Source: Nitrospirae bacterium MYbin3 (lineage in GTDB: Bacteria > Nitrospirota > Thermodesulfovibrionia > Thermodesulfovibrionales > Dissulfurispiraceae). Taken from it: a DNA stretch of 49,524 nt. Made by a program: the position numbers and the translations under genes. The stretch is taken from positions 1-49,524 of the forward strand of contig PEAD01000023.1 in the NCBI GenBank assembly GCA_002753335.1, given 5' to 3'. Of the stretch, positions 38,682 to 48,914 are shown in pieces (positions within the stretch are counted from its first letter, which is position 1; each line of letters opens with the position of its first letter). The notes beneath the pieces were generated by a model. That model had not been told where the DNA came from. It searched no databases and saw only the letters and a list, made by a program, of their open reading frames with translations.

Positions 38682-41293
38682 GCGGCCACCTCCTCTGCCT
38701 TACTGCGCAGCTTGCTTATTTCAATTTCATTCCCGTCAAGGGCAGGGTTTTTAAAATCTTTATTCATGCTCCATTTCATAAAGCTCAAAGCTCCTTTATC
38801 CGCTGCTGTATTCGGGACAAACACCATCATACCTTTTATATCAGGGTCTATTATAACATCAAGCTCTGCTGACTTGACGCCGGAAGAGATGCTGGCAGTA
38901 TCGCCTGTTTTCACAGATAATTTTTCGTTAAGCGCGCTTCCAATCCTTGCATAAGAGGCAGGCATAAGCAGATTCAGTGCAGATGAGTTCCTGCCGATTG
39001 TGCCTGAATGGAACAGCTGCTGGTCAGCAGACAAATAAGACCTGCCGCTGCACTTTTCCCTTTTTATAAGTTTCGTATCGGGCAGCACAAAGTCTTTCGC
39101 GATGTCTCTTAAAGGCTCGCCATTATAAGGCCATAGGCAGTTACCGCTGTCCATTTCACTGTACGTTATGCCTTTATGAACAGGCGACACTTTCGTAAGT
39201 TCGGCCAGTATGTCCACAACGGTTAAGAAATCCCAGTCAACCCCGATTATTTTTGCTATTTCCGAAATAATCTTCCACCCTTCCATGGCTTCGCCATGGA
39301 CCGCTTTTTTTACATGCTGCATTCTGCCTTCAAAATTTGTATATGAGCCCTCGGCTTCCGGCCATGAGCAGGCAGGCAGAACAACATGCGCAAGCTCTGC
39401 GGTTTCATTCATCAACGTATCCTGAACAACCAACAGCTCAAGTTTTAAAAGCGCTTCTTTTACATATCCGGTATCGGGCAGATTCAACAGCAGATTTTCT
39501 CCCATGACATAAAGCGCTTTAAGCTTTCCTTCATGCGCTGCCTGTATCATCTCCATCAATCTCATTCCCTGCGCTGAAGGAATCTCGGCTCCATAAGAAT
39601 CTTCATAACGCTTCCTCATACTGTCAGAAAAAACCGGCCTGCCTCCCGGCAGCGTATCAGGCTGACAGCCCATATCCACAAGACCTTGATCATTGGGAAG
39701 CTCAGAAATCAGGTATATGCGGCCGTTCAGAAGATAGATCAGTACCGACAACTGAAGCAGTAAAACAGATGCATCGGAGCGCTGAACAACCTGCCTGCCG
39801 ATAAGAATCGCAGGGTTGGTCATAAGATTAAGCTCATCAACCGCCTTATCTATATCGCTTTTGCCCAAGCCGCAGGCGTCCGAAATATTGTCGCTGGTCG
39901 AAAGCATAAACTTTTTGATTATGTCTTCAAAAAATATGTTCTCTCCGCAAACCGGTCTCTTTTTCATAAGACCAGAAATAAGCATGTTCAAAAGTGCGGG
40001 CTCCGAAAAAGCATCTGGGTTAAGGCTGCAGGTTGCAAACCGCTTCAGCCCCGACATGTGCCCAACTGTTACGACAGGAATGCCTTTCCTTGATGCTGCC
40101 CTTACCTGAAGCCCCAGCACCGGTGTAACAGCGGAGGGATCGGCGCCTATAACAAAAACACCGTCCGAATTTGTTATGCCTTGCATCGGATTGAGTGTTG
40201 CTCCCTGGCCAAAGATATCTTCAAAGAACCTCTGTGCAGGCCCGTAGAAAAATCCTGTTGTTGAATCTATATTGTTTGCGCCTATGACAGACCGCATTAA
40301 CCTTTGAAGCGCATAATTGTCTTCGTTAGTACATAAACCAGAAGCAATAGCCCCTATTGCAGCAGGACCATATTTCTCTTTTACTTCTTTAAGTTTCCCT
40401 GCAGCATGGCTTAGCGCCTCGGCCCATGTAGTTTGTTTAAGACCCCCATTCCTTTCAATAAGCGGGGATTTAAGCCTTGCAGAACTGACCGTATAATCAA
40501 ACCCGAATCTTCCCTTTACGCATAAAAGCCCTTTGTTAAGGCCAAGATCCGGCCTCGTTTCAACCCTGACTATAGAATCTCCTCTTATCTGTGCCACAAA
40601 AGAACAGCCCACACCACAAAAAGAACATATTGTTTCGACCTCTTTTTCTATGTACCACGGCCTGTATGTATGCTTGTGCAGGCGGGACATAAGAGAGCCA
40701 ACAGGGCAGACCGTTATGCAGTTGCCGCAATATTCGCAGTCAAACCTGCCGCCCGAAAAAGGCTCCACGTAAGACTTATTGCCCCTGTTCGTTATGGTAA
40801 TCGCATCCGCGCCCTGAACATCGCTGCACATCCTTATGCATCGCGAGCAGAGTATGCATCGCTCCATATTCGTAACTATTATCGGGTCATCGTAACATTC
40901 CGGATGCTTTCTTTTGCCTTCTTTAAAGCGTCCTATGGCAGGACCGTATTTCATAGTGTTATCCTGAAGGTCACATTCGCCGGCCTTATCGCAATAAGGA
41001 CAGTCGAGCGGATGATTTACCAGAAGAAATTCAAGCATCGCCCGCCGCGCCTCAACAACCTTTTCGGTTTCGGTCCAGACAACCATCCCATCTGTTACCT
41101 GCTGTGTGCATGAAGCTTGAAGCTTCGGCATCTTCTCGATTTCAACCAGACAAAGCCTGCATCCGCCAAAAGGTTCGAGCATAGGGTGGTCGCACAGAGT
41201 TGGAATATGAATGCCTGATTTTCTTGCAGCTTCGAGAATCGTCACCGGCTTGTTCAGCTTTATCTTTTTGCCGTTAATCGTAATTGTTATCAC
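38678..41293 (-). CDS. nuoG: NADH-quinone oxidoreductase subunit G (FDH-alpha-like scaffold)
   Basis: [2Fe-2S] PTLC...GCRLC...C; HPLDCPYCDKAGEC; two CxxCxxCxxxC motifs; CSFCGVGC...LCVKG; position between nuoF and nuoH. Confidence 0.9.
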   Translation of the reverse strand: MITITINGKKIKLNKPVTILEAARKSGIHIPTLCDHPMLEPFGGCRLCLVEIEKMPKLQASCTQQVTDGMVVWTETEKVVEARRAMLEFLLVNHPLDCPYCDKAGECDLQDNTMKYGPAIGRFKEGKRKHPECYDDPIIVTNMERCILCSRCIRMCSDVQGADAITITNRGNKSYVEPFSGGRFDCEYCGNCITVCPVGSLMSRLHKHTYRPWYIEKEVETICSFCGVGCSFVAQIRGDSIVRVETRPDLGLNKGLLCVKGRFGFDYTVSSARLKSPLIERNGGLKQTTWAEALSHAAGKLKEVKEKYGPAAIGAIASGLCTNEDNYALQRLMRSVIGANNIDSTTGFFYGPAQRFFEDIFGQGATLNPMQGITNSDGVFVIGADPSAVTPVLGLQVRAASRKGIPVVTVGHMSGLKRFATCSLNPDAFSEPALLNMLISGLMKKRPVCGENIFFEDIIKKFMLSTSDNISDACGLGKSDIDKAVDELNLMTNPAILIGRQVVQRSDASVLLLQLSVLIYLLNGRIYLISELPNDQGLVDMGCQPDTLPGGRPVFSDSMRKRYEDSYGAEIPSAQGMRLMEMIQAAHEGKLKALYVMGENLLLNLPDTGYVKEALLKLELLVVQDTLMNETAELAHVVLPACSWPEAEGSYTNFEGRMQHVKKAVHGEAMEGWKIISEIAKIIGVDWDFLTVVDILAELTKVSPVHKGITYSEMDSGNCLWPYNGEPLRDIAKDFVLPDTKLIKREKCSGRSYLSADQQLFHSGTIGRNSSALNLLMPASYARIGSALNEKLSVKTGDTASISSGVKSAELDVIIDPDIKGMMVFVPNTAADKGALSFMKWSMNKDFKNPALDGNEIEISKLRSKAEEVAA

Positions 41294-41312
41294 TGTAGCC
41301 CGCCCTTATTGT

Positions 41313-42557
41313 TCATGCCTGTGCGCCTGCGCGGCCTTCCATCTCGGGCCTGAAATTATTTACAAATCCCTGCACTACTATTGCAGCGCCATCTCCGAGC
41401 GCACAAAAACATTTGCCCAAAATATTTTTTGAAATCTCGAGCAAAAGTTCTACATCCTCCGGCTTGCCTTCACCGCTGCACATTCTTTTTAATATGGAGC
41501 TCAGCCACCCCACACCTTCCCGGCAGGGGGTGCATTTGCCGCATGATTCATGCTCAAAAAATTCGGTAATCCTGAGGCATACTTTTCGAAGGTCTGCGGT
41601 TTCGTCAAAAACAATAAGACCGCCAGATCCAAGCATGCTGCCGTATTTAGGCAGGTTCACAAAATCCATCGGGCAATCTAATGTGTCGGCTGTCATTATA
41701 GGAGTGGAAACACCACCCGGAATAACAGCCTTAAGTTTTTTTCCATCCTTAATGCCGCCGCAATGTTCATATATTATCTCTCTTAGAGTGGTGCCCATAG
41801 GCAGTTCATAGACTCCGGGTTTGTTCACACTGCCGCTGACCGAAAAAAGCTTTGGCCCCGGAGATTCAGGTGTGCCTATTTTCATATAGGCATAGGCTCC
41901 GACTTCAACAAGATAGGGGATATTTGCAAAAGTTTCGACATTATTTATAACGGTAGGCTTGGCAAGAAATCCTTCATTCACAGGGAAAGGCGGCTTAATC
42001 CTCGGCTGCCCTCTCTTTCCTTGCAGCGATTCTATCATCGCGGTCTCTTCTCCGCAGATATAAGCCCCTGCTCCAAAATAAACAAAGAGATGAAACTTAA
42101 AGCCCTTGCCCAAAATATTGTCGCCTAGATATCCTGCTGCATAGCTATCGATTATGGCTTTTTCGAGTATTTCCTTTGCCTCAGGATATTCACCACGCAG
42201 ATATATGTATCCATATTCGGCCCCAATTGCATAAGCCGATATAGCCATTCCCTCTATAAGAAGATGCGGATTTTTTTCGAGTATAGGCTTGTCTTTGAAA
42301 GTACCCGGCTCCCCTTCATCAGCATTGCAGATCAGATATTTGGGCTTTTTCGGGTCCATCGAGGCGATGGTCCATTTCATACCTGCCGGAAAGCCTGCGC
42401 CGCCACGACCTCTCAATCCTGACCTTCTGACCTCATCCACGATGTCCGAAGGCTTCATATCCAAGGCCTTTGATAACGCTTTATATCCGCCGCTCTCGCA
42501 GTAACCTTTAAGCTCTGTGGATTCGGGATATTCTATATGCTTAAGAAGTATATTCAC
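41313..42557 (-). CDS. nuoF: NADH-quinone oxidoreductase subunit F
   Basis: GRGGAGFP, CNADEGEPGTFKD, YICGEETA, ESCGKCTPCREG. Confidence 0.96.
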   Translation of the reverse strand: MNILLKHIEYPESTELKGYCESGGYKALSKALDMKPSDIVDEVRRSGLRGRGGAGFPAGMKWTIASMDPKKPKYLICNADEGEPGTFKDKPILEKNPHLLIEGMAISAYAIGAEYGYIYLRGEYPEAKEILEKAIIDSYAAGYLGDNILGKGFKFHLFVYFGAGAYICGEETAMIESLQGKRGQPRIKPPFPVNEGFLAKPTVINNVETFANIPYLVEVGAYAYMKIGTPESPGPKLFSVSGSVNKPGVYELPMGTTLREIIYEHCGGIKDGKKLKAVIPGGVSTPIMTADTLDCPMDFVNLPKYGSMLGSGGLIVFDETADLRKVCLRITEFFEHESCGKCTPCREGVGWLSSILKRMCSGEGKPEDVELLLEISKNILGKCFCALGDGAAIVVQGFVNNFRPEMEGRAGAQA

Positions 42558-42560
42558 GGT

Positions 42561-42998
42561 TTATTTATAATTCTCCAAGATCGAGAAAATACTTTCTTTT
42601 GTGAGGTTTTCGTAAAAATCGGTATTTACAATCATTGCCGGTGCAGTCCCACAAGCGCCTATACACTCCATAGCAACAAGTGAAAACCTGCCATCTGTGG
42701 TTGTTTCATTTGGGGCGATTCCAAACTTGTCACTAAGCATTGAAAGCAGATCCTCAGAGCCCGAAAGAATACATGTCACATTAGTGCACAACTGGATGAC
42801 ATGCTTTCCAACAGGTTTTTTCCTAAACATATCATAGAAGGTGGCAAAGCCTTTTACGGTTGCCGGAGGAAGATCTAATGCTCTTGCCACAGACTTCATC
42901 GCCTCAGGACTCATCCAGCCATGCTCTCTCTGTGCCGCATACAGGGCCGGCATCAGCAGCGCTTCTTTTGCTTCATATGCTCTCTGTTTTACGATCAA
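42561..42998 (-). CDS. nuoE: NADH-quinone oxidoreductase subunit E (short N-terminus, TTG start)
   Basis: ATFY, CTNVTC...ECIGAC [2Fe-2S] ligands; AAGGTG SD; in-frame stop upstream at 43044-46. Confidence 0.92.
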   Translation of the reverse strand: MIVKQRAYEAKEALLMPALYAAQREHGWMSPEAMKSVARALDLPPATVKGFATFYDMFRKKPVGKHVIQLCTNVTCILSGSEDLLSMLSDKFGIAPNETTTDGRFSLVAMECIGACGTAPAMIVNTDFYENLTKESIFSILENYK

Positions 42999-43087
42999 TC
43001 TTTTTTCACCTTGTTTATATAAACCGCTTGCGTGCGGTTTGTTTTATGCTTATAAAACGATCTTGAACTATGCTCGTTGAAAAAAAT

Positions 43088-44281
43088 CTATCTGTCGCAC
43101 TCGCCGAGAACGACATCCACAGAGCCTATGTTGGCTATAACGTCTGCAACCAGCGCGCCTTCACTCAACCTAGGCAGTGCCGATACATGAACAAAAGATG
43201 GAGACCTCAGCCTCATCCTATACGGTTTGCCTGTACCGTCGCTGACAAAATATATTCCCAGTTCGCCTTTGGGAGCTTCTATGGCCGAATAAACCTCCCC
43301 AGATTGTCCGGTCATCGGCCCTTTGGTTATTAGCACAAAATGATGAATCATAGACTCCATGTCTGCAAGCACCTTTTCTTTGGCCGGCAGAGTCAGCTTA
43401 GGAGCATCCGGAGCCATAACAGGACCTCTTGGCAACTTTTCGAGGCACTGCCTTATAATCCGAATCGATTGCCGCATCTCCTCCATCCTGCATCTGTATC
43501 TGTCATACACATCGCCATGCTGCCCTACAGGCACATCAAAGTCAACCTTGTCATAGGCATCGTATGGAAAATGTTTTCTTATATCATAAGTCACGCCCGA
43601 CCCTCTCAGTGTCGGCCCGGAGAGCCCCCAGTTTATAGCCTCTTCAGCACTTATTACTCCTATGCCCTTAGTTCTCTGGAGCCAGATTCTGTTTTGATCA
43701 ATCAGGGTTTCATATTCAAGAATTCTCGCCGGAAACTCTGCCGTAAATTTATAGAGGCTGTCTATAAATTCCTGCGACACGTCATTTCTCACGCCGCCTA
43801 TGCGTGGATAGCTCACGGTCAGCCTTGCTCCGCAAAGCATCTCGAAGAGGTCAAGTATCCATTCCCTCTCCCTGAACGAATAGAGAAAAACGGTCATCGC
43901 GCCTATATCTAGGGCATGAGTTCCGAGCCAGAGAATGTGGCTGCTGATTCTGGTCATTTCGCTGACGATGGTTCTTATATACTGGGCCCGTTCTGGAGCC
44001 ATAATGCCGAACAACCTTTCAACAGCAAGGCAGTAGGCAACATCATTGGTCATTGAGGAAACATAATCGAGTCTATCCATAAGAGGCATGGCAGACAGGT
44101 ATGTACTGTTCTCACCGAGCTTTTCTGTACCCCTGTGCAGATAGCCGACATGCGGCGTGCACTTTACAACGGTTTCACCGTCAAGATCGAGCACGAGCCT
44201 TAAAACACCATGAGTTGAAGGATGCTGGGGCCCGAGATTAATCGTAAGTTCTTTTTTAAGTTTTTTCTGTGCAGTAGCCAT
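43088..44281 (-). CDS. nuoD: NADH-quinone oxidoreductase subunit D
   Basis: [28 protein letters not shown]-terminal GECDR. Confidence 0.97.
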   Translation of the reverse strand: MATAQKKLKKELTINLGPQHPSTHGVLRLVLDLDGETVVKCTPHVGYLHRGTEKLGENSTYLSAMPLMDRLDYVSSMTNDVAYCLAVERLFGIMAPERAQYIRTIVSEMTRISSHILWLGTHALDIGAMTVFLYSFREREWILDLFEMLCGARLTVSYPRIGGVRNDVSQEFIDSLYKFTAEFPARILEYETLIDQNRIWLQRTKGIGVISAEEAINWGLSGPTLRGSGVTYDIRKHFPYDAYDKVDFDVPVGQHGDVYDRYRCRMEEMRQSIRIIRQCLEKLPRGPVMAPDAPKLTLPAKEKVLADMESMIHHFVLITKGPMTGQSGEVYSAIEAPKGELGIYFVSDGTGKPYRMRLRSPSFVHVSALPRLSEGALVADVIANIGSVDVVLGECDR

Positions 44282-44817
44282 TATCTAACCTCGTATTGAC
44301 TGTTCTTTTCAACGGTCTTGAGCAGTTCGGTGTAGCCTCTCCACTCCATAGAACCCAAATCGCTTTTTAAAGGATAATCTTTTCTGAGTGGATGGCCTTC
44401 CCAGTCTTCGGGCATCAATATCCTGCGCATATCAGGATGCCCTTTAAACGTTATACCGAAGAGATCAAAGCATTCGCGTTCGTGCCAGTTTGCTCCGGCC
44501 CATATATCTACAGCACTTTCGATGCTGCAATCTTCTGCAGGCACTTCAGCCCTAATCCTGATGAAGTGACGATGCCTGATCGAATAAAGATTGTAAACCA
44601 CCTCGAACCGCGGCTCTTTTTTCCCAAGATAGTCAACACCGCAAAGGTCGGCAAGATAATCAAAATAAAGCTCAGGTGTGTCATGAAGAAACCGCAGGAT
44701 GTCCTTTATTGAGTCTTTTCCGACTGTAACCGAAGTCTGTCCGGCAAAAAACGCAATCTCCCTGACATCCGCCGGAAAACTTTCTTTTATTCTTTCTGCT
44801 ATCTCTTTAGGTTCCAT
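44281..44817 (-). CDS. nuoC: NADH-quinone oxidoreductase subunit C
   Basis: [22 protein letters not shown]...GHPLRKDYP. Confidence 0.96.
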   Translation of the reverse strand: MEPKEIAERIKESFPADVREIAFFAGQTSVTVGKDSIKDILRFLHDTPELYFDYLADLCGVDYLGKKEPRFEVVYNLYSIRHRHFIRIRAEVPAEDCSIESAVDIWAGANWHERECFDLFGITFKGHPDMRRILMPEDWEGHPLRKDYPLKSDLGSMEWRGYTELLKTVEKNSQYEVR

Positions 44818-44859
44818 CCTGTCTCCCTCTGTTTTTTAAAAATTCAGCGCCTTTTACAG

Positions 44860-45390
44860 TTATCTCCACGCGCCCCACTTCATATGCTCACCTCTAATCT
44901 TTTCCTGAAGCTTTACTAGTCCATCCATAAATGCCTCAGGCCTTGGCGGACATCCGGGGATATAGACATCAACAGGCAAAAACTTATCACACCCTAAAAC
45001 AGTGCTGTATGTGTCGTAAATGTTTCCGGAGCAGGCGCAGCTTCCCATCGCAATTACATAGCGGGGCTCAGGCATCTGATCAAAAACACGCCTGACAACA
45101 GGCGCCATCTTTTTCGTTACTGTGCCTGCAATTATAAGGCAGTCGGCCTGCCTCGGTGAGGCTCTGAAAATTATTCCAAAACGGTCTAAATCATAATGAG
45201 ATGATCCAGTGGTCATCATCTCGATTGCGCAGCATGCGAGGCCGAAGGTCATCGGCCACAGTGACGACTCTCTCGACCAGTTAACCACCTTATCGAGGCT
45301 CGTTATTATCGCATTGGCCCCCGGAATAATCTTTACTCCCTCTTCAACCTCTACAAGTCCTGCCGGTCCATCTAATATAGTTGACGACAT
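44860..45390 (-). CDS. nuoB: NADH-quinone oxidoreductase subunit B
   Basis: [29 protein letters not shown]. Confidence 0.97.
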   Translation of the reverse strand: MSSTILDGPAGLVEVEEGVKIIPGANAIITSLDKVVNWSRESSLWPMTFGLACCAIEMMTTGSSHYDLDRFGIIFRASPRQADCLIIAGTVTKKMAPVVRRVFDQMPEPRYVIAMGSCACSGNIYDTYSTVLGCDKFLPVDVYIPGCPPRPEAFMDGLVKLQEKIRGEHMKWGAWR

Positions 45391-45425
45391 CTGCTATGCC
45401 TCCTTGATTTATTGACGAGGGGAGA

Positions 45426-45809
45426 TTAATCCCATACAAAGGCTTCTTTTTTCCATGCGTAAACATATCCCACTATAAGAATCAGCATAAAAAGCAACAT
45501 CTCGATGAGTGCGTAAAGACCTATCCTATCATAAACAACCGCCCACGGATACAAAAATACGGCTTCCACATCAAAAATCACGAACAGCATCGCGGTTATA
45601 TAAAACTTGATGCTGAACCGCTCCCTCGGCTCGCCCACAGGCGGAATGCCGGACTCATAAGCCATAAGCTTATCCTTGTAAGGCCTGCGAATACGAAAGA
45701 TCTTGCCTACAAAAATAGTCACCGCTCCGAACGCAACAGCAATCATCATAAAGATAATGACCGGAAGGTATTCGCTGGGCATGTAGCTGCCCGGACTTGA
45801 CAGGTTCAT
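45426..45809 (-). CDS. nuoA: NADH-quinone oxidoreductase subunit A
   Basis: YESG, FVIFDVEAVFLYPWA, YAWKK; start ambiguous (45815, 45809 or 45782). Confidence 0.95.
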   Translation of the reverse strand: MNLSSPGSYMPSEYLPVIIFMMIAVAFGAVTIFVGKIFRIRRPYKDKLMAYESGIPPVGEPRERFSIKFYITAMLFVIFDVEAVFLYPWAVVYDRIGLYALIEMLLFMLILIVGYVYAWKKEAFVWD

Positions 45810-45858
45810 AAACACCTCTGTGCTAAATTTTTTTTATATATCTATAAGCAAACGTTTT

Positions 45859-45888
45859 TTTATACTTCAATTAACGAAAAGATGTCAA
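45859..45888 (-). promoter_or_regulatory. Sigma70-type promoter of the nuo operon
   Basis: TTGACA-N18-TATAAA. Confidence 0.7.
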
Positions 45889-45937
45889 GTCGCAGCGACT
45901 TGGAAAAATGGCAAACACATTATAAACATACTTCAAA

Positions 45938-45997
45938 GATGGGGATAGGTTTCTGAAGTGCATGCGCAGCTCTGAACGAAAGAAATTTATCCCCATC
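45938..45997 (+). other. 17-bp stem hairpin in the nuoA/PHP divergent intergenic region
   Basis: GAUGGGGAUAGGUUUCU pairs fully with AGAAAUUUAUCCCCAUC (two G-U pairs, valid on the plus strand); 26-nt loop. Confidence 0.55.
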
Positions 45998-46064
45998 GCA
46001 GTATACGGACTTTTTTCAATGTTTACTTTTTTTCAAACCTTCTTGTATTCTTTTAAATCACACC

Positions 46065-46715
46065 ATGATCGACCTTCACACACACAGCATATTCAGCGAC
46101 GGCGAACTTATACCGGCAGAATTGGTAAGAAGGGCTGCCGCAATCGGGTACAAAGCTATCGCGATAACCGACCATGTTGACCAATCAAACATTGATCTGA
46201 TAATTCCCAGAATTATAAAAGCGGTCAACGCATTAAAAGATTTTGTTCCCATAAAAATAATCCCGGGCGTCGAAATAACTCATGTCCCGCCCGCGCTGAT
46301 TGCTGATATGGTGAAAGAAGCAAGAAAACTCGGCGCTAAAATTGTAGTGATTCATGGAGAAACGATCGTCGAACCTGTTGCCGAAGGCACAAACAGGGCC
46401 GGTATTGAAGCAGGCGCTGATCTAATCGCGCATCCCGGATTAATCTCCTCCGAAGACCTAGCTCTTGCAAAAAAAATGGGGACAGTCTTAGAAATAACGG
46501 CCAGAAAGGGACACAGCATAACCAACGGCCATGTTGCAAAAAAAGCGCTGCAGTTTGGCGTTCCATTGACCATAAACACCGACGCGCATGCGCCGTCGGA
46601 TTTAATCACCAAACAGTTTGCTGCATCCGTGCTGTTAGGCGCAGGAATAGACAGTTCTCTGATCGAAGACATATTTAATAACGCACGGTCACTCGTCAGC
46701 AAAGCTATTGGATAG
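46065..46715 (+). CDS. PHP-domain phosphoesterase (histidinol-phosphatase-like)
   Basis: DLHTHS, AITDH, GVEITH, IHGE, AHP, NTDAH. Confidence 0.9.
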   Translation: MIDLHTHSIFSDGELIPAELVRRAAAIGYKAIAITDHVDQSNIDLIIPRIIKAVNALKDFVPIKIIPGVEITHVPPALIADMVKEARKLGAKIVVIHGETIVEPVAEGTNRAGIEAGADLIAHPGLISSEDLALAKKMGTVLEITARKGHSITNGHVAKKALQFGVPLTINTDAHAPSDLITKQFAASVLLGAGIDSSLIEDIFNNARSLVSKAIG

Positions 46716-46723
46716 GGGGCAAA

Positions 46724-47401
46724 ATGCCGAAAGTAATTAAAAAACGTGTAGAGAAAAAAGAATCAAAAAGTGAAGACATCGGCGGAACAGTTACGGACCT
46801 TAGAGAAAGGATAAAAGAACGCCAAAAAATACTCATCTATGCAGCAGTTGCGACTATAGCGGTTATTGTATCGGCCATAACTTTTTTTGTTTACACCAAT
46901 GCCAACGCTGACAAGGCTTCAGAACTGGAAGCGGAAGGCATGAAAACACTTTACGGGCTTTCTCAGGGTGCGGAAATTCCTGTTGATCAATATAAAAGGG
47001 CTCTTGATTTCTTCAAAAAATCTTATGATACAAAAAAGAGCAGCTCCGCTCTTCTTTATATGGCAAACTGCAATTATGCGCTTGGAAACTATGATGCAGC
47101 GATCAAAAACCTTTTGGAGCTGAACAGCAGCACCTCCGAAACAGGCATGCTCTCATTATCCTACTACAAGCTGGCTTCTGTTTATGCAAAAAAAGGTGAT
47201 CTGGAAAATGCGCTAAAAACATACGGCAACCTTGCGAGCATAAAAGGATCGGGGCTTCAGGAACTGGCGCTGCTCGAAAGCGCTAAACTCCTAGAATCAA
47301 CAGGCAAAACCGAAGAAGCACAAAAGAAATATAAAGAGCTGACAGAGAAGTTTCCAAAATCTTTGGTTGCGGACAACGGAAGCGAAGCTGATAAAAAATA
47401 A
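46724..47401 (+). CDS. Membrane-anchored TPR protein (YfgM-like)
   Basis: Basic N-terminus, single TM, TPR-like helices (YMANCNYALGNYDAA; YKLASVYAKKGDLENA). Confidence 0.8.
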   Translation: MPKVIKKRVEKKESKSEDIGGTVTDLRERIKERQKILIYAAVATIAVIVSAITFFVYTNANADKASELEAEGMKTLYGLSQGAEIPVDQYKRALDFFKKSYDTKKSSSALLYMANCNYALGNYDAAIKNLLELNSSTSETGMLSLSYYKLASVYAKKGDLENALKTYGNLASIKGSGLQELALLESAKLLESTGKTEEAQKKYKELTEKFPKSLVADNGSEADKK

Positions 47402-48835
47402 TTACGTCTTAGGCTGATTTTTGGTTTTGTTTTTGGCTATGAGGCTTTTCTTGCCGCCCTTTTTTGATTTGGATTTAGTCTTTGTTGATTTGGCCGATTT
47501 TACTGCACCCTTTTTAGCAGTAATTCTATCATCAAGATCAGCAACATATTTACCCTGAGGCGGTATATTTAAAACCTGTCCTGTCTTGACCTGAGCGGTG
47601 CTGTTCATAGAGTTCATAGCAAGTATCACATTTGACGGCACACCCGTCTTTTTAGCGATACCTTTAACCGTCTCTCCCTTTTTTACCGTATGCGCTGTCA
47701 TGCTTACACGCTCGCCTTCGGGTATCTGAGCGAGGTTCGCAAGAAAAGCATCGCGAGAACCAGAAGGAATCTTTATGACATATTGAGATACGTTTACCGG
47801 AGTACACCAGCGCCTGAGTTCAGGGTTAAGTTCACGGATCGCAGCAACAGTAGTACCTGCGCATTTAGCTATTACATCTATATCAACAGGTGATTCCAAA
47901 ACAACCTCATCATAAAGAAGAGGCTTATGGTATTCGAGATTCTGAAAACCGTAATTTTCTGGTGTATTTGCGATCATGGTTGCAGCAATGTACCTCGGGA
48001 CATATTCCTTGGTTTCGGGCTTTATCTGTTTTGTATTCAAAAGCCCCCAGTAGTCTTCAGCACCGGACCGCTTCATAGCCTTGGATATTCTGCCTTCGCC
48101 GGCGTTGTAAGCAGCAAGCGCGAGCTTCCATGAACCGAACATCTGATAAAGGTCTTTCAGATAACTGGCTGCGGCTCCGGTTGACTTCACTGGATCTTTC
48201 CTCTCATCCCTCCACCAATCTATAACAAGCCCATATCTTTTGCCTGTGGCCGAGATAAACTGCCAGGGCCCCACAGCCCTTGCCCTAGAATAAGCGTTCG
48301 GATTGAATCCGCTCTCCACTATAGGAAGAAAAACAAGCTCTTCAGGCATTTCTTTTTCTTTCAGAACATCCTTCATTATATCTATGTACTTCGAAGACCT
48401 TTCGAGCCACATAGAAAAGCGTTCCTTAATCCGAACAGCAAAAAGGGATATGTTTTTGTCTATGGCCTTTGTAGCGGTGGCATTCGATTGATACGTTATT
48501 CCGAGGGGGGATGATGAATTATTGTCTTTTTGTAAAATAGTCCGCAGTTCCTGAACAGCCAGCTTTACAGATTGTGCGTTTTGTTCGACAGATTGAGGAG
48601 ATGTTGACAGCTCAACATTTTTTTGCTCCGCAGAAGTAGTTGCAGGCTCTGCCTGCTGCGCATTATCCGACGCAGTTGAATACGCATTATATTCAGCTTT
48701 TATCGGAGGTGCATGCTCTTCGTTAGTAACCGCAGGTTGTTTATCAACAATAGAAGCGCTTACAGGATTGCATACTAAGAACACGACCCCTAAAAATGCG
48801 AAAACACCAACGGCTAATGCTTTTGTGTACCGCAT
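47402..48835 (-). CDS. MltD-like lytic transglycosylase with LysM
   Basis: Signal peptide; IVESGFNP, AVGPWQF, LAAYNAGEG, ETKEYVP; HTVKKGETV LysM. Confidence 0.92.
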   Translation of the reverse strand: MRYTKALAVGVFAFLGVVFLVCNPVSASIVDKQPAVTNEEHAPPIKAEYNAYSTASDNAQQAEPATTSAEQKNVELSTSPQSVEQNAQSVKLAVQELRTILQKDNNSSSPLGITYQSNATATKAIDKNISLFAVRIKERFSMWLERSSKYIDIMKDVLKEKEMPEELVFLPIVESGFNPNAYSRARAVGPWQFISATGKRYGLVIDWWRDERKDPVKSTGAAASYLKDLYQMFGSWKLALAAYNAGEGRISKAMKRSGAEDYWGLLNTKQIKPETKEYVPRYIAATMIANTPENYGFQNLEYHKPLLYDEVVLESPVDIDVIAKCAGTTVAAIRELNPELRRWCTPVNVSQYVIKIPSGSRDAFLANLAQIPEGERVSMTAHTVKKGETVKGIAKKTGVPSNVILAMNSMNSTAQVKTGQVLNIPPQGKYVADLDDRITAKKGAVKSAKSTKTKSKSKKGGKKSLIAKNKTKNQPKT

Positions 48836-48914
48836 AACATTAATATCTTAGCCCATTCAGAACAAAAAAAGCCACAAAAAACAGCAATAAAAATTTGTAT
48901 TCTGCTTGCGTTAT

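Noticed and set aside
38678..41293. Formate dehydrogenase alpha subunit or selenoprotein
   Set aside because: No Cys/Sec-His at the Mo-ligand position, no in-frame TGA, and it occupies the nuoG slot.
47395..47410. Zero-gap convergent stops of the TPR and mltD genes
   Set aside because: Common in compact genomes; no further structure seen.
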